Part shown: piece by piece, positions 8,808-17,656 of the stretch
Numbering within the stretch: the stretch's first letter is position 1
How the letters are laid out: every line of letters begins with the position of its first letter
From: a virus
Taxonomy: Duplodnaviria > Caudoviricetes
Length of the DNA: 64,000 bases
Reading direction: 5' to 3' (one strand)
IMG/VR virus record: IMGVR_UViG_3300024916_000029
Span: 661 to 64,660 of that record
Translations under genes and position numbers: made by a program
Notes under the pieces: generated by a model
Seen by the model: only the letters and a program-made list of their open reading frames with translations
Database searches by the model: none
Told to the model about the DNA's origin: nothing

Positions 8808-10555
8808 CAGGCTGCCTCTGCCTTTGCCGTTGCCGCCTCCATGGCCCGGGTGGCGATGGCACGGCAGAGCGCGGGGAACTGCGCGGCATGGAAGTGCACC
8901 GCCGCGCGCACCTTGGTGGCCGTGAAGCCAAGCGCCTCGATGCCAGCGGCGTCCAGCTTGATCGGCGACAGCCGGGCGTTGATCTGGCCCAGTGTGATGG
9001 TGTCGTCCGGGTCGATCTCCGGTGCTGCTGCGGCGCTGGCCTGGGCGGCACCGATGATCTGTCGTGCGTCGAGCCCGGCAACGGCCTTGGCGCGCTGCTC
9101 GGCGACCAGGCCGCTCAGGTCTGCTGCCACCGGCTGTGCGATCTGGTTCTGCTGGGCTGCCCGGGCGATGGCGGCCTGTGCGTCGCGCGCTTCGGCTTCC
9201 AGCTTCTCGCGGGACTCACGGTCGGCGCGCTCCTGTTCCTCGCGGCGGATGCGCTCGCGCTCGGCCTCTTGGCGCTGCTGTTCGGCCGTCACGCGGTTGG
9301 CGATGATGGCGGCTAGGTCGTCGGGGGCCTTGAGCACCAGCGCGGCGGCATCGTGCACCACCAGCACGCTGGCCTGCAGCGCCTTCACGTTGGCGTGGAT
9401 GCGGTTGGCGATGTTGCTGGCCTCGATCTTGGCGCGCGCCAGCTCGGTGTTTACCGCATCGCGCAGGCTGTCCAGCGTGCGCTTGCCTTTCACCGCCCCG
9501 GCGAAGTCGGCGGGCACCTGGGGCATGTAGGCAGCTGGCATGGCCGCGTTCAGTTCGGCGATGTGCTTGCGCAGCGCAGCGATGCCACCGGCCACGATCT
9601 CGCCCCGGATTTCCTCCTTGCGGGCCTTCACCAGCCTGTCCAGCTCCAGCCGCGTGCGGCGGGCCTCGGCGCTGATGTCGTCGATGGTGCGGAACAGCTC
9701 GTCAATGGTGGCCGTCTGGCTCAGGGCGTGCTCCTTGGCGGCGGCCAGGCGGGATTCCACGTCCGCGCACCACTTCACAGCGCTCTCTGCCGTGGCGAAA
9801 TCCTGGTCGGTGGTCAGCTCGCGGTTGATGCTGCCAATCACCTGCAGGGCGTGGGCCTTGTACTCGGGCAGGTTGCTTGCGGTGACGGCCCCCGTTACCT
9901 GGATCAGCAGCGCGGGCAGGTTCTCTGGGGTCTTGCCCACCACTGGGGTGGGCTTGGCCTCGGGCGGCACCCAGGCAGCCACGTCGCGCTCGAACTGCTC
10001 CCAGCCGGCCAGGATGCGCGCGCGCAGTTCCGGGTTGGGCGTGTACCAGCAGTGGCGTGCCTCGATGAGGGTGCCGTCATCGGCCCAATCGGATGCGGTG
10101 AACAACTCCTTTTCGCAGCCTGATACGGCGCACTGCTGTTCCATCTGGACTTGGTAGTCCATCGGCAGATCGGCGCCCGTGCAACCCTCTACCATGGCGG
10201 CGCGCAGACGGGCGTTCAGGCGCTTGTGCTCCCAGCCCTTGTCTTCGAGCATGGTCAAGCCGTCGAAGCTTGCTGACAGGCGGCCCTCGGAGCCCGTCAC
10301 CGGGTAGAGGTCTTCGCCCATGATGGCCTCTGCCAGCGGGCGGGCCAGGGCCTCGAAGCGGTGGCCGCTGTCGTACAGGCGCTGGGTGGCGGGATCTACC
10401 TCGGGGACGATGCCCGTGGCGCGCTCGGCGATCAGCTGGTCTCGCGTCTTGTACGGGCTGCAGCCCATCATGGCCGGGGCATCGCTGGCGTTGTCGTGGG
10501 AGGCGCGGTAGGCATGCCATTCCGGGGTGCCCTGGCGCAGGTCGTGGGTAATCAT
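8807..10555 (-). CDS. YqaJ-like (lambda exonuclease family) recombination nuclease with a coiled-coil tail
   Basis: QGTPEWHAYR...ASDAPAMMG...GHRFEALAR...SASFDG...WEHK...YQVQMEQQ. Confidence 0.9.
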   Translation of the reverse strand: MITHDLRQGTPEWHAYRASHDNASDAPAMMGCSPYKTRDQLIAERATGIVPEVDPATQRLYDSGHRFEALARPLAEAIMGEDLYPVTGSEGRLSASFDGLTMLEDKGWEHKRLNARLRAAMVEGCTGADLPMDYQVQMEQQCAVSGCEKELFTASDWADDGTLIEARHCWYTPNPELRARILAGWEQFERDVAAWVPPEAKPTPVVGKTPENLPALLIQVTGAVTASNLPEYKAHALQVIGSINRELTTDQDFATAESAVKWCADVESRLAAAKEHALSQTATIDELFRTIDDISAEARRTRLELDRLVKARKEEIRGEIVAGGIAALRKHIAELNAAMPAAYMPQVPADFAGAVKGKRTLDSLRDAVNTELARAKIEASNIANRIHANVKALQASVLVVHDAAALVLKAPDDLAAIIANRVTAEQQRQEAERERIRREEQERADRESREKLEAEARDAQAAIARAAQQNQIAQPVAADLSGLVAEQRAKAVAGLDARQIIGAAQASAAAAPEIDPDDTITLGQINARLSPIKLDAAGIEALGFTATKVRAAVHFHAAQFPALCRAIATRAMEAATAKAEAA

Positions 10556-10623
10556 GGGATTTCCTTCAAAATGGGCTCCAGCGCTTTACCGAAAAGCGCT
10601 GGAAGCTATGCAATTGATAGCGA

Positions 10624-11565
10624 TCACTGCGGCGCCAAGGCGGAAGCTCGCGTGTCGTAGATGGCGGCCAACTCGGCGCGCTGCTGCGGGTCAACGATTT
10701 CGCCGATCAGGTCGGCCGCAATGCCAAGTGCGTCCACGTCGGCGGCGGCATGCAGGCGCTCGGCAACTGCGGCAAAGGTGAACTGCTGCGCCGGTTCGCC
10801 CTTGGGCTGCACATCGGTGACGGGCGACGCGATCGGCGCCCGGATGGCGTCGATCTGCTCTTGCGTCAGCGTGCCCTTGGTCTTGGCCTTGGCGATCACT
10901 GCATCTGCTGTGGCCTTGTTTGCGGCGATGGCAGCGCGCCAGGCCGGCAGGTTCTTGGAGAACTGGTCGGCGGGGTAGGCGGGGAGTGCAGCGGGCGCGG
11001 CCGGCTCCACGCGCTCGACAGGCCCCATGTGGCGCTCGGCGGGCGTGTCCATCACTTCCTCTGCCACAGGCAGGCCCTTGAGCACATCGGGGAACACGTC
11101 GCGCACGGCGAAGGCGCGCGCCCGCATCTGGCGCATGCGCTTGGGGTACTGCGTCCACGGCCCTTGCTTGCCCAGCAGGCCGGCCGCCTTGGCGTCCTCC
11201 ATGCTGAACGTGCGGAACTGCTCGGGCTCGCCACGGCGCTTGACCTTGCAGGTGGCGGTATGGCCATCGTCTTCCTCGATGATGTACTCGCAGAGCGGGC
11301 TGGAGCGCACCAGGGCGATCACGGCATCCCCCCAGAGGGATGGCCGGCCGTTGATGACGGCGATGTTCTGCATGGCCTGCAGGGGTTTGAGGCCGATTTC
11401 CATTCCCCACTGGATGGCGACAAGGCAGTTCCCGGGCTTGCCCTTGAAGTCCTTGGGCACCATGTCGCTGTCGGCGAGGTAGTTGCTGAACGTCAGGGCC
11501 TGCTCGAAAGTCTGCGGGCTCAGGTCGAATTGTTGGCGCGGGGCCAGGGCGGTGGAATCAGTCAT
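10624..11565 (-). CDS. RecT/Bet-like single-strand annealing protein
   Basis: MVPKDFKGKPGNCLVAIQWGMEIGLKPLQAMQNIAVINGRPSLWG...WTQYPKRM; adjacent to the exonuclease. Confidence 0.88.
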   Translation of the reverse strand: MTDSTALAPRQQFDLSPQTFEQALTFSNYLADSDMVPKDFKGKPGNCLVAIQWGMEIGLKPLQAMQNIAVINGRPSLWGDAVIALVRSSPLCEYIIEEDDGHTATCKVKRRGEPEQFRTFSMEDAKAAGLLGKQGPWTQYPKRMRQMRARAFAVRDVFPDVLKGLPVAEEVMDTPAERHMGPVERVEPAAPAALPAYPADQFSKNLPAWRAAIAANKATADAVIAKAKTKGTLTQEQIDAIRAPIASPVTDVQPKGEPAQQFTFAAVAERLHAAADVDALGIAADLIGEIVDPQQRAELAAIYDTRASALAPQ

Positions 11566-11762
11566 GCAAACCTCAGTTGGTGGTTGTCGTAGATGGTCTT
11601 GGCGGGCCGCTTGAGCCCGTTGCGTTGGCCCACATGCCACTGGCCGCACTCGGCGCAGCGGTAGGGAGCGAGCGGCGCTTCGGTGCGGCGCCGGGCGCGC
11701 TTTGCTGCGGCCTGGGCGGTTTTCAAGGTGTGCACGACCTTGCCGGTGGGGCATTCGTCCAT
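11562..11762 (-). CDS. Small Zn-ribbon protein
   Basis: CPTGK...PYRCAECGQWHVG. Confidence 0.7.
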   Translation of the reverse strand: MDECPTGKVVHTLKTAQAAAKRARRRTEAPLAPYRCAECGQWHVGQRNGLKRPAKTIYDNHQLRFA

Positions 11763-11766
11763 GGCT

Positions 11767-11853
11767 TCATACTCCGTAGATGCGGACCAGGGCCAGGGCG
11801 GTGCACACGGCGGCGGTGGCGAGCCAGGCGGTGAAGGCGGCGGCGAGCTTCAT
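11767..11853 (-). CDS. 28-aa hydrophobic peptide (MKLAAAFTAWLATAAVCTALALVRIYGV)
   Basis: Manual translation; ATG overlaps the upstream stop; below the ORF-track cutoff. Confidence 0.5.
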   Translation of the reverse strand: MKLAAAFTAWLATAAVCTALALVRIYGV

Positions 11854-12125
11854 GGTGCCCCGCCAGCGACGCGCGTCGGCTGGTCAACATGCCGCAGACA
11901 CTGCAGCGTTTTCGAGTCGATCCAATCCGGCGTGGCGTTCGGACCGCAGACTTGCTGCCCGGCCCATTCCCGGCTGGCGATGGCCTCGGCTTCTTCCTGC
12001 GCGGCTTGCGCTGCAGCTGTCGGCGTGTTGCCGAGCTGGCGCGCGTCGTCGGCCTGCGCCCAGAAGAACACGGCAAACACGGCCAGCAGCGCGGCCAGGG
12101 TGTTGAGGTTGGGTCGGTCGGTCAT
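11850..12125 (-). CDS. Membrane-anchored hypothetical protein
   Basis: N-terminal hydrophobic helix; two Cys in the C-terminal part. Confidence 0.7.
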   Translation of the reverse strand: MTDRPNLNTLAALLAVFAVFFWAQADDARQLGNTPTAAAQAAQEEAEAIASREWAGQQVCGPNATPDWIDSKTLQCLRHVDQPTRVAGGAP

Positions 12126-12481
12126 ACGGGCTCCAAAAACTGTCTCGGTTGGCGGGTGGCTTCAATCTCGATGGCCTCAACGTCCGCAGCGGGCAGGAGG
12201 TAGAGGATGTCCACGCCGCGCAGGTAGGCTGCGCAAAGCGTCACCTGCTCGGCCCAGCCAGCTTCCGGCTCCGCGTCTTCCCATTGCAAATGGCAGTCCA
12301 GCGCGCCCAGCTTCTTGTGCAGGTGGACATGCAGGAACTGGCCGGCGGGGCAGCGTGGGGCGTCGAAGCTCGCAAGCGCGGCCCGCAGGTGCTGCGTTGC
12401 GTGCATCACCGGGGCTGAACGAAAGCCCGGCGGCACGATGCCCGCAAGGGCCTGCTGCATGGTCGGATGGAGGTAATCCAT
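12122..12481 (-). CDS. Hypothetical protein (MDYLHPTMQQ...)
   Basis: RBS AGGAG before ATG 12481. Confidence 0.72.
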   Translation of the reverse strand: MDYLHPTMQQALAGIVPPGFRSAPVMHATQHLRAALASFDAPRCPAGQFLHVHLHKKLGALDCHLQWEDAEPEAGWAEQVTLCAAYLRGVDILYLLPAADVEAIEIEATRQPRQFLEPV

Positions 12482-12500
12482 GGGTATCTCCTGTGGGCGT

Positions 12501-12525
12501 AAAAAAGCCCGCTGGGTGCGGGCTT
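12501..12525 (-). terminator. Intrinsic terminator
   Basis: AAGCCCGC-loop-GCGGGC followed by TTTTTT on the minus strand. Confidence 0.75.
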
Positions 12526-12531
12526 GGTGAA

Positions 12532-12741
12532 TCAGAAGGGGATTCCGTCGTCTGGCTGGTATCGCTGCCAGTGGGGCCGCGTCAGCGGGTCGTCGTGCTG
12601 CGGGTGCTGATCCCACAGCTCGCGCCAGCGGCGGACAAGGGCGGGCTCACCGTGGTACATGAACCCGTACCCGTCATAGACGCGGGCCTCGCGATGCGCG
12701 CGGCGGTAGAGGGCGCGCGTCCAGCGGAACTTGCGGGCCAT
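12532..12741 (-). CDS. Hypothetical protein
   Basis: 69 aa, ends DDGIPF (SSB-tail-like). Confidence 0.7.
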   Translation of the reverse strand: MARKFRWTRALYRRAHREARVYDGYGFMYHGEPALVRRWRELWDQHPQHDDPLTRPHWQRYQPDDGIPF

Positions 12742-12744
12742 GGT

Positions 12745-13458
12745 TCAGCCCTGCTGCAGTTCCGGGGCTGCTTGCGCCGCCTGCTTCGCCTTGTCGTAGG
12801 CCTTGATGCCCCACGCGATGGCGTAGCAGTTCCACAGGAAATCGAACTTGAAGACGCGGCAGTCCCACTCCCAGCAGTCCTCCATGTTGAAACCCGGTAC
12901 TTCATCGCAGCGGAAGTCGCGGGCTGCGTCGTAGGCGCGAATCGAGCCGTCATCGGCAAGTGCGAGCACCTCATCTTTCAGCGCCGCCCAGAGCGCATCC
13001 CGATGCTCTTCAAATTGGCGGCGGTCGGCATCGGTGGTCCATTCGTCGTCGTCGGGTTGATTGCTCTCCTTCCAGCTGTCGAAAGCCTCTTGGACATGCT
13101 GGCGGAAGCTGTCGGCGCAGTATTCCTGGGCATCGCGTGGCGCCGGGGCGCGCAGCTTTTCGTCCCAGTAGCTGGGGTTGATCGCCAACTGGTCGGCGCG
13201 GCCCGTTCGGTCGTAGTGCTCCTGATCCGTGCGGAAGAACACGAACATGTCATGCAGGCGGCGGAACACGAAGGTGCCCATGTCTCCATCAACACACAGG
13301 GTTCCGGGCCAAGTGATGATGTCGAACCAGTAGGCGTTCGATTCGGGATTCTTGAATCGCAAATGGCGGTTCACGCCGTCATCGCGCAGCACTTCCATCT
13401 GGTGGGCTGCAGCATCTTTGAGGAATCGTTCCTCGGTGCAGGAATACTTGCGGGCCAT
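12745..13458 (-). CDS. Conserved hypothetical phage protein (MARKYSCTEERFLKD...)
   Basis: YWFDIITWPGTLCVDGDMGTFVF...INPSYWDEKL...AIAWGIKAYD; RBS GGAG. Confidence 0.85.
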   Translation of the reverse strand: MARKYSCTEERFLKDAAAHQMEVLRDDGVNRHLRFKNPESNAYWFDIITWPGTLCVDGDMGTFVFRRLHDMFVFFRTDQEHYDRTGRADQLAINPSYWDEKLRAPAPRDAQEYCADSFRQHVQEAFDSWKESNQPDDDEWTTDADRRQFEEHRDALWAALKDEVLALADDGSIRAYDAARDFRCDEVPGFNMEDCWEWDCRVFKFDFLWNCYAIAWGIKAYDKAKQAAQAAPELQQG

Positions 13459-13471
13459 GGGAACTCCGAAT

Positions 13472-13495
13472 AAAAAAGCCCCGACTGGCGGGGCG
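13472..13495 (-). terminator. Intrinsic terminator (tL1-like) ahead of the first leftward gene
   Basis: GCCCCG-loop-CGGGGC followed by TTTTTT. Confidence 0.75.
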
Positions 13496-13499
13496 AACC

Positions 13500-14590
13500 C
13501 CTGCGCAAGGCAGGAGGGGAGGGAGAGGTGCAGGGCTCTCACCTGCTGCGCACACGGCCAGGAACCCCCGACCCGCTCTTGATGGTTACGGCTACCTTCA
13601 CCGCGACGTACCGAAGCCACTCGCAAACGCAGCCAGGCCAGCCGTTGGAACCGCCTGCGGGGAGTGGGCAACTTTGAACGGGACGGGTACTAGCCGGCCA
13701 GATCCAGTCATGGCAACCATCATTGAAGCGCCCTGAGCCGTTACGAACTCTCAGACCCCTAGAGCCAGTGGACACGCTGCAGCGTGCTACCCACCTCCCT
13801 TGCGCACTACGCCTATTCGCCGCGCTTCAATGATGGTCCTGGCCTCTGGCGCCAGGAGACGGATCACTATCCGCACCACTTCGGCTATCAAGTACACCGC
13901 GCCGCTCGGTGGAAAGGTTCCAGCCATTTGCCCCTGGCTGGCCCGGCTTGACCACGGGCAGTGCGGGGTGGGGTTGTTGGTCCGCGTCTTTCCGTGGTGT
14001 CAGATGGGCCGCGCGTCCGCGCTGGATGACTCCGCATGAACCCTTGCGGGCTCAACCTCCATCAAGGAGGCGCGCTGCGTTTCCAAACTACCCCTACCGG
14101 AGTCGAACCGATCCGCACGGCCCCTGCGAGCCGTCCCGTGGGCGCCGGAATCGACCCGGCGTGCAACGCGCTTTCTTGATGGCCCTCGTGAGAGGGCATC
14201 CACCGCATTTCTTCCCCGGTCTGTCACCCCAGGGCATGCGGCCCGCGTTTTTGCGCGGAGCCGTTGGGCAGGGAATGGCGCACTCGATTGCGCGCCGCTG
14301 TGCCCAGCGTTGATGCCTTGCGTGTCTTGGATGGCATCCCCTCACCCAGCTCTCTCGCCGCTGGTGCGCGCCCACTACCCATTCAAGGGCTGCCGTTTGA
14401 TGCCCGAAATTCGGACGTCAAACAATCCGCAGGTATGACGGTGTTAAGGAGCCATGACGGCCCCACGCTGATGCGCCATGAGCCCATCACTCCAACTGCT
14501 GCAGCCCTCGGGCCTGGAACCCCTCGCGTCTCCGGTCGGCGTGGCCCTGTGTGCGTCTGGGCCGGTTCGTTTCGCGTTGTTGGTGCGATG
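13500..14590 (-). ncRNA. Long structured non-coding pL leader
   Basis: No convincing ORF; 16-bp perfect inverted repeat 13716-13731/13822-13837; 20-bp imperfect stem 14059-14078/14163-14182; many hairpins. Confidence 0.5.
14442..14452 (-). promoter_or_regulatory. boxA-like antitermination element
   Basis: GCTCCTTAACA vs boxA consensus GCTCTTTAACA, about 140 nt downstream of pL. Confidence 0.55.
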
Positions 14591-14595
14591 GGTGA

Positions 14596-14638
14596 AGTAT
14601 CGGCGTGCCGATATGAATTGTCAAGCGGTTTGCCGATA
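14596..14638 (-). promoter_or_regulatory. pL promoter with two OL operators
   Basis: TTGACA-17-GATACT (same hexamers as lambda pL); operators TATCGGCGTGCCGATA (14598-14613) and AAGCGGTTTGCCGATA (14623-14638). Confidence 0.85.
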
Positions 14639-14678
14639 ATTCACTACACTCCCTCCACGCCCATCCCGGGCGGGCAAC

Positions 14679-14702
14679 AAAAAACCGCCTCAAGGGCGGT
14701 TT
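14679..14702 (-). terminator. Terminator after the cI/P63C transcript
   Basis: AAACCGCC-loop-GGCGGTTT with a T run on the minus strand. Confidence 0.75.
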
Positions 14703-14722
14703 GGTTGGGCGGGGTGCTGAGG

Positions 14723-15748
14723 CTACTCAGATGCGTTGAAATCCATGTCGATGGTGTCGCCAAACCTTGGGTGAATGGCGTTGACATTGCGCTTGAAGTC
14801 GTCCGGCGTCTTGGATAGCTTCATGATGGTCACAACGGATGAAAGGTGCTCGCGAAGCTTCGGATGGCCCGCGTCTTGGGTGAGCCACTGATGCAGCTTC
14901 GCCTTCTTCTCCGCCTTGGAGGATGCCTTTTTCAACTCAGGCAGCAGTTCAGGCGCCAGCCGTGAATACACCACATCGTTGGTGATGTGCCCGAAAAATG
15001 CGGGGCGCCATGACTTGTTGCCTACAGGCGGGTAGGGGAGCTTGTACAGGCGAAACAAGTTCTCGTAGTAGTCCGCAGGAAATGTCTTGAGATAGGGCTG
15101 AATTTCCTTCGCAACGAACGCCTCCAGAATCTTCGCCAGTGCGTCTTTGGCGCGGTCGCGCTGGTATCCGGTGGCCTCATCGACCAGCGCGACGATGCCG
15201 ACCCGAGCCAGGCCGCGCGTTAGGATTTCTGCCTGCTGTGCTTTGGCAAGCTGCTGTTTTTGCAGGGCCCCAGCTTGGCGGGCATCTAGCCACACGTCGC
15301 AGACTGCTGGCAGCAATTCCGCGTTGTATGCGCGGACCACTCGGTCGCCGTCAAGGTACTCTAGTAACTCAAGGGGCCCACCGCCTAAGTGCTTGTCAAT
15401 AAATGGTTTGAGCTGACCTGGGGCCAGAAAAAGCGGCAAAGGGGCCCCGTCATCTTCTGCGCGCTTTTTCAACCGCTTGGACGCTCCGCTACGACTGCCC
15501 AACAAGGCATTGGTGATGCCGTTCTCAGTGATGACGCGGATGGGCTCGCCGCTGGGCCCTTCGATCACTGCGCATGGAATGGGCACCCCACCAAGGTTGA
15601 GGTCGTCACCTTTCTTGATGATGCGCGGCATGGCCGCTTTGGCCTTGCGTGCTGCCACCGCTTTCTCGGCGATTTCTTTGCGACGTTCGGGCGACAGGCT
15701 TGCGGCGCGTGCTGCAGCTCCTTTGGCTTTTCCGGTGGGTGTGTTCAT
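14723..15748 (-). CDS. P63C-domain protein
   Basis: GLARVGIVALVDEATGYQ...ILEAFVAKE...FPADYYENLFRL...VYSRLAP...KLHQWLT...GHPKL. Confidence 0.9.
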   Translation of the reverse strand: MNTPTGKAKGAAARAASLSPERRKEIAEKAVAARKAKAAMPRIIKKGDDLNLGGVPIPCAVIEGPSGEPIRVITENGITNALLGSRSGASKRLKKRAEDDGAPLPLFLAPGQLKPFIDKHLGGGPLELLEYLDGDRVVRAYNAELLPAVCDVWLDARQAGALQKQQLAKAQQAEILTRGLARVGIVALVDEATGYQRDRAKDALAKILEAFVAKEIQPYLKTFPADYYENLFRLYKLPYPPVGNKSWRPAFFGHITNDVVYSRLAPELLPELKKASSKAEKKAKLHQWLTQDAGHPKLREHLSSVVTIMKLSKTPDDFKRNVNAIHPRFGDTIDMDFNASE

Positions 15749-15779
15749 GGGATGCGCTTTCGTGGTGAATGTGCGCGCA

Positions 15780-15824
15780 TATTACTTGCATTTAGTTTAT
15801 TTGCAAGAACTATCTTGCATTTAG
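15780..15824 (-). promoter_or_regulatory. AT-rich promoter/operator upstream of P63C
   Basis: Direct repeat CTTGCATTTAG at 15785-15795 and 15814-15824; minus strand TTGCAA-16-TAATAT. Confidence 0.5.
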
Positions 15825-16250
15825 CGTCCTGCGCCACTCCCACGGCGCCACAGTCTCAACGCTCCACAGCCCGCGCCGCGCAGCTTGAGCCTCATCCTGC
15901 AGCCCGCCCAGGTGCTCATACCCCTTCCCATACCGCACGTAGTACCAGGCCAGCCCGGAGCGCACTTGCTCTGTCGCCGCGTCCTGGCCCTGGCACGCCA
16001 CATCCGCCACGGTGCGCCCGTAGCGGTCCTTGGTCTTGGGGGTGATGGTGGCCTGTTGCTGGAAGCAGAGTTTTGCCAGGTGCTGGCGTGCCACCTGCCC
16101 GAAGGGCTGAGCCTTCTCTGGTGCGTCGATGGCGCTGATGCGGATCTTGAGCTGCTCGTAGGCACCTGGTTCGCCGCAACGGGCCGTCAAGGTGTCGCCG
16201 TCGCTGATTGCAACGACGAAGCAGAACACCGCCGGAGCGATGACGCTCAC
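15810..16250 (-). CDS. Thermonuclease (SNase-like) family protein
   Basis: ISDGDTL...IRISAIDAPE...QPFG...DRYGRTVA...GLAWYY...RRGLWS; GTG start overlapping the upstream stop. Confidence 0.9.
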   Translation of the reverse strand: MSVIAPAVFCFVVAISDGDTLTARCGEPGAYEQLKIRISAIDAPEKAQPFGQVARQHLAKLCFQQQATITPKTKDRYGRTVADVACQGQDAATEQVRSGLAWYYVRYGKGYEHLGGLQDEAQAARRGLWSVETVAPWEWRRTLNAR

Positions 16251-16669
16251 GCAAATCTCTCGATCGCTCGTTCCTTTGCCCAATCGAAAAACTCGTCCGT
16301 CCATCCGTCGGTGACTCGAAAGGAGTGCGACGGGAACTCTACTTCGAGGCGCCACTTGAGCCAGTCGTTCAGCCTAGAGAACTCCGGGTAGCCTGGCCAA
16401 AAGTTCTTTGAGAACACGCGCCACTCCAGCAGGGACATCTGTGAATCGGTTTTCATCCCGCGCACCTTGACCCATTCTTTGAGGATCAAGGCCAACGTCC
16501 TTTCTGGCGAAAGCGACGCCCCTGCAGCAGAAAGCCCCATCTGATACAGGCGAGCCTGCCCAGAGCCGTGCGGCGCAATTCCGAGCGGATTGACCTTCCT
16601 TTGCAGGAGGCTCGTGAATTGGGTGACGTTGGAGTCCAGCGCCCCTGAAATGCTCTTGAACAATCCCAT
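16247..16669 (-). CDS. Hypothetical protein downstream of cI
   Basis: 140 aa ORF with GAGG RBS. Confidence 0.7.
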   Translation of the reverse strand: MGLFKSISGALDSNVTQFTSLLQRKVNPLGIAPHGSGQARLYQMGLSAAGASLSPERTLALILKEWVKVRGMKTDSQMSLLEWRVFSKNFWPGYPEFSRLNDWLKWRLEVEFPSHSFRVTDGWTDEFFDWAKERAIERFA

Positions 16670-16688
16670 GATGCCTCGCGTTTGATTC

Positions 16689-17342
16689 CTACCCGTCTTC
16701 CCACTTCCCCAGCACCGTGCCGATGATGCTGAAACTCTCGCGGATGGGCTCGTGGGACGGGTTCAGCGGCTGCAGCCACTGGCGGCCGTCCTCGTTCTTG
16801 TAGACCTTGAACGTCACCTCGTCGGTGCCAGAAAGGCAGGCCACCACACGGTCGCCGTTGACCGGTGTGCGCCGCTCTGGGTCCACGAAGATGAAGCAGC
16901 CTTCGGGGTAGCTCCTGCTGTTGCCGTGGGGGGCGGTCATCGAGTCGCCGCGCACGCGCAGAGCGAAGGTGTTCGCGCTGTGGCTGACGGGGCAGTCCAT
17001 CCAGCGGTCGGCCTGGCCAGGGAGGTGAGGGTCTGCGGCGTGGCACCAGTCACCAGCCTGAACCCAGGAAATGAGCGGCACTTTCCCGCGCAAGTCGGGG
17101 CCGGGCTCGGTGTTGGCCAGGTCGGTGGTGGTGCTGCGCATTGACCCTGTGCCGTCAGAAAGCCACATCACCGATACACCACACGCTTCAGCCAAGTTTG
17201 CGACACGGGCCGACCCATAGCCCGATTTCTCCAATTCTGCGAGGGTGGACTGACCGATGCCGGCAGCCTTCGCCAACTGCACTTGCGTCAGTTTCGCGGC
17301 TTTTCTGGCCTCTTTGAGTCGTTTCCCGAAGTCGGTAGTCAT
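16689..17342 (-). CDS. cI: CI-like repressor (HTH plus S24 peptidase)
   Basis: RLKEARKAAKLTQVQLAKAAGIGQSTLAELE; VQAG cleavage site; VRGDSM catalytic Ser; TFK catalytic Lys. Confidence 0.95.
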   Translation of the reverse strand: MTTDFGKRLKEARKAAKLTQVQLAKAAGIGQSTLAELEKSGYGSARVANLAEACGVSVMWLSDGTGSMRSTTTDLANTEPGPDLRGKVPLISWVQAGDWCHAADPHLPGQADRWMDCPVSHSANTFALRVRGDSMTAPHGNSRSYPEGCFIFVDPERRTPVNGDRVVACLSGTDEVTFKVYKNEDGRQWLQPLNPSHEPIRESFSIIGTVLGKWEDG

Positions 17343-17349
17343 TGCGCAC

Positions 17350-17409
17350 AGATTACGGGCAACCGATACAGGCAAACCGCTTGCGTAAATATCGGCAAAA
17401 CGATACATT
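17350..17409. promoter_or_regulatory. OR region: three operators, pR and pRM
   Basis: 16-mers at 17353-17368, 17367-17382 and 17390-17405 resemble the OL sites; pR TTGCGT-17-TACATT ends 7 nt before the cro ATG; pRM -10 TAATCT ends 7 nt before the cI ATG. Confidence 0.8.
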
Positions 17410-17416
17410 GCGGGTT

Positions 17417-17656
17417 ATGCAATGGAAAGATTTCATCAACTCCCTGCTGCGCCACGGACTCACCCAAAAGCAGATTGCTGCTGAGGTTGGATGTGGGCAA
17501 GCGACTATTTCCGATCTCGCCACAGGGAAGGCGCGCGAACCGCGCGGGTCTCTGGCTCTGGCGCTCGTTCAGCTTGGAGCGCGCAACGGCGTTAGTTCTG
17601 ATGCCGTGATCGCGCCAACCGACCCAACCCCCTCCGAAGCTAAGGAGTCCACCTAA
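17417..17656 (+). CDS. cro: Cro-like HTH protein
   Basis: GLTQKQIAAEVGCGQATISDLATG; divergent from cI. Confidence 0.88.
   Translation: MQWKDFINSLLRHGLTQKQIAAEVGCGQATISDLATGKAREPRGSLALALVQLGARNGVSSDAVIAPTDPTPSEAKEST

Noticed and set aside
13500-14590. tRNA genes in the pL leader
   Set aside because: T-arm-like hairpins are present, but no acceptor stem, D arm and anticodon arm form a cloverleaf.
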